DNA of 64,000 bases, taken from contig OY820905.2 of NCBI GenBank assembly GCA_963555755.3, positions 1,312,001 through 1,376,000 of the forward strand, written 5' to 3'. Made by a program: the position numbers and the translations under genes. How positions within the stretch are numbered: position 1 is the stretch's first letter; every line of letters begins with the position of its first letter. Positions 59,267-64,000 of this stretch are shown here, piece by piece. Under the pieces are notes generated by a model. The model was not told where the DNA came from and ran no database searches. It saw only the letters and a program-made list of their open reading frames with translations. The DNA is from Nitrospirales bacterium. GTDB lineage: Bacteria > Nitrospirota > Nitrospiria > Nitrospirales > UBA8639.

Positions 59267-60406
59267 ATGGATATCACTGGGGTTCTGAAAACACTGTCGG
59301 GCTTTGTGGGGAAAGACCCCTGGATTTTGCAGGTCTTTGTGGTGGTCTTTTTGACCCTTGTGGTCAACTACTTGCAAAGACGCATGCTGAACAAGCTCCA
59401 CGTAAAGATCGAGAAGACCGCGACCTATTGGGATGATGCGGTCTTCCATGCCGTCAAAAAGCCGCTAACCGTGCTGATCTGGATTGTCGGCATGGCCTTC
59501 GCCATCGATATCATCCGCCACGAGGCCGGAGCAGCAATCTTTGACGCCATAGATCCCGTCCGGGATTCGGGCATCATTGCCACCCTGGCTTGGTTCCTGG
59601 CAGGCCTCATCACCCAGGCCAAAACGAATATCATTGCTCAGCGAGAGGCGAGCGGTGAGCCCTACGACCGCACCACCATGAACGCCATTGCCAAGTTGCT
59701 GCGGGTGTCCGTCATGATTACCACCACGCTGGTGGTGTTACAGACACTCGGATTCAGTGTATCCGGCGTCTTAGCCTTTGGTGGGATTGGGGGCATTGCC
59801 ATCGGCTTCGCGGCCAAGGACTTGCTGGCCAACTTTTTCGGTGGCTTGATGATCTACCTCGACCGCCCCTTTGCAGTCGGCGACTGGATCCGATCTCCGG
59901 ATCGGGATATCGAAGGTACGGTGGAACATATCGGCTGGCGTCTGACCCGAATCCGCACTTTCCAGCTACGCCCCTTATTTATTCCCAATTCCACCTTTGC
60001 CACCATTGCCCTTGAAAACCCATCGAGGATGCCCAACCGCCGGATCTACGAAACGATCGGCATACGCTACGATGACGCGAGCAAGATGACTGAGATCGTG
60101 CGGGATGTGGAAAAGATGCTGCGCGCCCACCCTGAGATCAATGCCGATCTAACCCTGATGGTCAGCTTTAACACCTTCGCACCCTCGTCCCTGGACTTTT
60201 TTATTTACACCTTCACCAAGACCAAGAAATGGGTCTACTACCATATTGTCAAGCAAGACGTCTTACTGCGGATCCTGAAAATCATCGAATCTCATGGGGC
60301 GCAGATCGCCTTCCCGACCTCCACAGTCCACGTCCCCGATGGCCTGCCAATGTGGCAGGAACCAGAGGAGAAAGAGGACAAGTCACCGAAGCGGTTGGCG
60401 CCCTGA
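59267..60406 (+). CDS. MscS-family mechanosensitive channel (YnaI-like)
   Basis: GIGGIAIGFAAKDLLANFFGG, DRPFAVGDWI, GTVEHIG, IPNS, IAFPT. Confidence 0.93.
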   Translation: MDITGVLKTLSGFVGKDPWILQVFVVVFLTLVVNYLQRRMLNKLHVKIEKTATYWDDAVFHAVKKPLTVLIWIVGMAFAIDIIRHEAGAAIFDAIDPVRDSGIIATLAWFLAGLITQAKTNIIAQREASGEPYDRTTMNAIAKLLRVSVMITTTLVVLQTLGFSVSGVLAFGGIGGIAIGFAAKDLLANFFGGLMIYLDRPFAVGDWIRSPDRDIEGTVEHIGWRLTRIRTFQLRPLFIPNSTFATIALENPSRMPNRRIYETIGIRYDDASKMTEIVRDVEKMLRAHPEINADLTLMVSFNTFAPSSLDFFIYTFTKTKKWVYYHIVKQDVLLRILKIIESHGAQIAFPTSTVHVPDGLPMWQEPEEKEDKSPKRLAP

Positions 60407-60654
60407 GCCATCTTCCCAGATTTTTCCGCCCTCCCTTGATTGAGGTTCCGGGAATAAGAAATTTCGGTCCGTCCGGGTTTTCCATGGGTTGTCCCCAGTC
60501 TGCTGTTCCTTAGGGGTCGCACAAGAATAACTTCCCCTGTTTGGGCGTCGATCCATCCCGTGTGGCGGAAGGTGACAGTACCGTTGGAACGCCTCAGGAA
60601 TTGTGGGCTTCGCATGGGCGAAACCCACAACTTCCGCCGAGGATAACTCCTCGG

Positions 60655-60741
60655 CTATTTCCCCTGCTTCTTTTTTTCCTGTTTACTGGCTTTCTGTTTT
60701 TTACTTTTGTCTTTATCCTTTTTTCCGCCTTTGTCTCCCAT
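60655..60741 (-). CDS. 28-aa lysine-rich small protein
   Basis: GGAGGT 5 nt before ATG; MGDKGGKKDKDKSKKQKASKQEKKKQGK*. Confidence 0.55.
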   Translation of the reverse strand: MGDKGGKKDKDKSKKQKASKQEKKKQGK

Positions 60742-60840
60742 GGTATACCTCCTTTTGATGTGAAATGGACCGTCTTTCCCTGGATCGTTAATAAGGGCAC
60801 GCTACGCTTTATTGTCAGTCCTCCAAGAAATAGGGTTTAG

Positions 60841-60894
60841 GAGCCCGTCCAAGATTAGACGGATCTACTGCGGATGCACTGGATTTGGCCGGAT
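60841..60894. mobile_element. Truncated MITE family D end
   Basis: Near reverse complement of 48656-48709; preceded by TTAG. Confidence 0.75.
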
Positions 60895-61011
60895 ATTTCC
60901 ACCCACTCTACCAAAATGAATACAAAGAAACGATTTATTTTTCAAGAAAATAAATTCTTATTTTCCTGAAAAGGATTTGTTTAAACTTTCAACTGTGGAA
61001 AAGGGTTTTAT

Positions 61012-61056
61012 TGGAGCGGGTGAGGAGATTCGAACTCCCGACCAACGGCTTGGGAA
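61012..61056 (-). other. 3' half of tRNA-Gly(CCC), probable att site
   Basis: Minus strand TTCCCAAGCCGTTGGTCGGGAGTTCGAATCTCCTCACCCGCTCCA; no D arm or 5' acceptor strand. Confidence 0.8.
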
Positions 61057-61389
61057 TACGCACAGGGGAATTGCTCAACGCTAGTAAAGACGGGCAATTC
61101 CCCTCCCCATCTACACAATCGCTTCCTTGCCTCTTTGCCTGACTTTGCCTCTCTCTGCCTCACTTCCCACCCGGTTGTCTGTATTTTTAACACCTATTTA
61201 ACACCTCGCCGCACGCCCGTTTTTCGATCAAATAAACCCCGAAACATTATCGTCCTGCAAAAAGTCGATCCCCACAATTGTTTTGTTCGACGGTCAAAGG
61301 CCGGACCCCTCGTATAACTCTTGCTATTTTTTGGAAATGGCGATACTAGGTAAAATTACGTATCATCATTCTACCACGAACCTCACATT

Positions 61390-61603
61390 GTTTTGTGGTG
61401 AGATGTCGTCGCGGCTTTGATCGTTGTCCTTGACGACTCAATCTCCTCACTCGTGACTCGTTTAATGTCTCGAACCAGTTTATCCGCTTCCACTTTGGGG
61501 TCCTGTTTGGGCTTCATCGTCGCTCCTTTCATGAACTACGATGAGCCAAAAACATCACCTTAGCAATCCTCCCTATTTGTCCAACATGTGCTGACACGAA
61601 ACA
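61390..61603 (-). mobile_element. Internally deleted IS3-like remnant
   Basis: End TGTTTCGTGTCAGCACATGTTGGACA, AGGAG, then MKPKQDPKVEADKLVRDIKRVT; distal boundary approximate. Confidence 0.5.
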
Positions 61604-62071
61604 GTAATACGTTTGCATCCAGCCTCCCTGGGTCAGGGCACTCAAAGTTTTATTGCGAAAACTGATGGGCAGAGACTACAGAGCGCCAGGTCAGGCGATC
61701 ATACAATGAATGGCCGGCTCACGAGCTTTAAGCTAGGCCGTTACCGCTTGAGTTCTCCCAGGCTACCTATTACATGATCAATCGTGGGAGCCCCAGCCAG
61801 AAGACTGTAGGAGGTAACCGTAATCCGCACACTGCCTTCAACGATCCCGCCCCTCGGAAGCTTTAACACTTGTGAAACCTGTGAGCCCGTAAGGATGAAT
61901 CGCCAATTCATAATGAGAGCAAGTGTTACTAAATCAACACAACAGCACATAACTGATAGTAATTAACACTAAGTATTATATGCTATGACAAATTACTGTT
62001 CATTTAGAACTCTTTTATTCTTTAGTAAATCTTATTGTTGCACCGACAAGGAACTAGGGTTGTGAAAAACC

Positions 62072-62475
62072 ATGAAAATTCTAACGCAGTGCTATGAATT
62101 TCCGCCATTGGGTGGAAGTGGCGCGAAAGTGGTGTATGGCTTATCCACCCAGTTGGTAAGGATGGGCCATGAGATCGACCTAATTACCATGATATATTGC
62201 CGGACCTTATCATCAAGTGGTCGATGAAGGCTCCTATCCGCTCAATCACATCGCCAAGCATCGGAATTGTCTCAGGCGAGAATCCGGACAGGCGATCCGG
62301 CCGTCATCAGCCATTCGGCTTTCTTATCGCCCAAGGCGACAATATCAAAGAGGGGCATGCAATGGATGATGTTTCTATCTTAGACATCGCTCCAACTCTC
62401 CAGCACTTGATGAACATCACGCCCGAGATGGATTTCGATGGAAGGGTGTTGACTGAAATAATAAGAAACTCATGA
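62072..62475 (+). pseudogene. Deletion fusion of a GT4 N-terminus and an alkaline phosphatase/phosphodiesterase C-terminus
   Basis: MKILTQCYEFPPLGGSGAKV..GHEIDLIT joined out of frame to PDLII..SGRH..SILDIAPTL. Confidence 0.72.
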
Positions 62476-62609
62476 GCTTGCCCCCCTCTATTTCACGAAC
62501 CGTAGTCGAATCCAGTGGATTGGAGCGTAGCAGCACGTTGGGTGCTTGAGGCATCAAGCACACAAGCTTGCGAGTAGGGAGATCACCATTGAAATGGATC
62601 AACAACCCA

Positions 62610-63602
62610 ATGAAACGCTGGTTCTTGGCGTTTCTACAACTCTTAGTCAGCACGGGGCTTCTCTATTACATCTTCACCATTGCTCCCCTTGAGCAAATTT
62701 TCTCGGCCTTGACCTCTGCAAATCTTGAGCTGGTGGTCTTGGCCTTTGCATTCATAGCTCTAGGACGATATGCCGACGCTTACCAGATGAAGATGGTAAC
62801 CGATTGCCAGGCAATGGGGGTGTCTACCTTTCGAATTTTTCAGATCAACTTAGCAACATCTTTTTATGAATTATTTCTCCCATCCTATATTGGTGGTGGA
62901 GCCATACGCTGGTACAAACTTTCTCAATCAAACGGGAGACGTGCCGAGGCCTTAGCCGCCATTGGGTTCAATCGGCTTATTATCTTGGTGATGATGGTCC
63001 TTATTGGTACTGGCTGTTGGATGTTTGATGAACAGGCTCGGGCATCGACTTTACACGGCACTGTGTTCATTGTTTTATTGGGATTGTTAGTCATTGGGTG
63101 TGCCATCCTAATGAAGGGTAAAGGCTTTTTATTTTTATCGACTTCTTTAAGAAAAAAACGATTTCCAATTGTTCCCCACATGCTCCAAAGTAAAGCTGAA
63201 AAAGTGACGCGAGCGTTTGGGAAATTTCAATCCCTCCCTCTTACAGTCACACTCCGGATTTTAGGGCTTGGTCTGATTCACCCTTTGTTACTTATTCTGA
63301 TAATGTATCTGCTGGCGATGTCCTTGGCTCTTCCTCTTTCACCCTTAAATATCGGTTGGGTACGCTCATGCATCTTTATTCTCTTGATAGTTCCCATTTC
63401 TGTGGCGGGATTGGGTGTTCGAGAGTGGAGTCTGGCTGTATTGCTTCCTCCTTATGGAGTTACGAGTGAGGAAGCAGTGGCCTTATCGTTTTTACTCTTC
63501 CTTCTGAAGATTTCGTGGGGAGTGCTTGGGGGAATTGTAGAGGGCTGGCATCTTTTTGGTGTAACAAGAAAAATCACAGTTTCAAAACAAATCTCTACTT
63601 GA
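62610..63602 (+). CDS. Lysylphosphatidylglycerol synthase TM-domain (UPF0104) flippase-like protein
   Basis: Polytopic membrane protein; FLPSYIGG, PISVAGLGVRE. Confidence 0.85.
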   Translation: MKRWFLAFLQLLVSTGLLYYIFTIAPLEQIFSALTSANLELVVLAFAFIALGRYADAYQMKMVTDCQAMGVSTFRIFQINLATSFYELFLPSYIGGGAIRWYKLSQSNGRRAEALAAIGFNRLIILVMMVLIGTGCWMFDEQARASTLHGTVFIVLLGLLVIGCAILMKGKGFLFLSTSLRKKRFPIVPHMLQSKAEKVTRAFGKFQSLPLTVTLRILGLGLIHPLLLILIMYLLAMSLALPLSPLNIGWVRSCIFILLIVPISVAGLGVREWSLAVLLPPYGVTSEEAVALSFLLFLLKISWGVLGGIVEGWHLFGVTRKITVSKQIST

Positions 63603-63683
63603 GGAAAATATTTAAACTTCCCGGCGGGTAGGTCTATTGCCCCCCTCTGGTTAGCGGGAAGTTTTTTAAAAAGGCAACAAACA

Positions 63684-64000
63684 ATGCATTATCGAGTACT
63701 TGGAAAAACAGGGATTTCTATCTCAGAACTAGGCTTAGGGTGTGGCAGACTTGGTAAGAGTTTTTTTCTTGATAATAGAAAAGCTTCAGCCCGAATTCTT
63801 GAGGAAGCTTTTGAAAAAGGAATCAATTTTTTTGATACGGCACGTAATTATGGGTATGGTACTTCCGAAGAAGCCATTGGTCGCGCTTTTCGACATAATC
63901 GATCCAAAGTCATTATCGCATCAAAGGGAGGTTACCTCCCCTCAACCCTTGGGCGCTATGGGCGTCTGTTAACTCCCTTCATCATGCCTTTCCGTCGCCT
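63684..64000 (+). CDS. Aldo/keto reductase, runs off the window
   Basis: MHYRVLGKTGISISELGLG, GINFFDTARNYG, SEEAIG, IASKGG. Confidence 0.9.
   Translation, partial: MHYRVLGKTGISISELGLGCGRLGKSFFLDNRKASARILEEAFEKGINFFDTARNYGYGTSEEAIGRAFRHNRSKVIIASKGGYLPSTLGRYGRLLTPFIMPFRR

Noticed and set aside
61012..61090. Intact tRNA-Gly gene
   Set aside because: 5' acceptor strand and D arm are missing.

Overview
Bacterial chromosome segment; gene content and protein style suggest Nitrospirota (inference). In order it holds: a CobB sirtuin; a sulfur-carrier operon (ThiS-like, frameshifted cysK, two MoeB E1 enzymes, ThrC-like PLP enzyme, MoaD/CysO-like, NIL protein, JAMM peptidase); ankyrin and atypical J-domain genes; an orphan 663-aa gene beside IS110/IS1111 and IS256 sequences; a PIN-RHH toxin-antitoxin pair; a molybdate uptake cluster (HTH-PBP regulator, porin, modABC); pepF interrupted by an IS1182; a type I-C CRISPR-Cas system (48 repeats, 47 spacers) whose cas operon begins with a vapBC module and has an IS1595 just upstream; housekeeping genes (queC, dksA-like, apt, acyP, hemY/hemG, hemE, biotin-dependent carboxylase pair, GH15, mscS); several pseudogenes; and a tRNA-Gly 3' fragment that probably marks an island border. 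Intergenic DNA is dense with at least seven families of miniature inverted-repeat elements. These show compensatory base changes, nest inside each other and often sit on stop codons. The best candidates for new biology are the vapBC-fronted Cascade/Cas3 operon, the covarying nested hairpin elements, the dual ubiquitin-like sulfur relay and a non-ModE molybdate regulon. All calls come from reading the sequence by eye; no searches were run.
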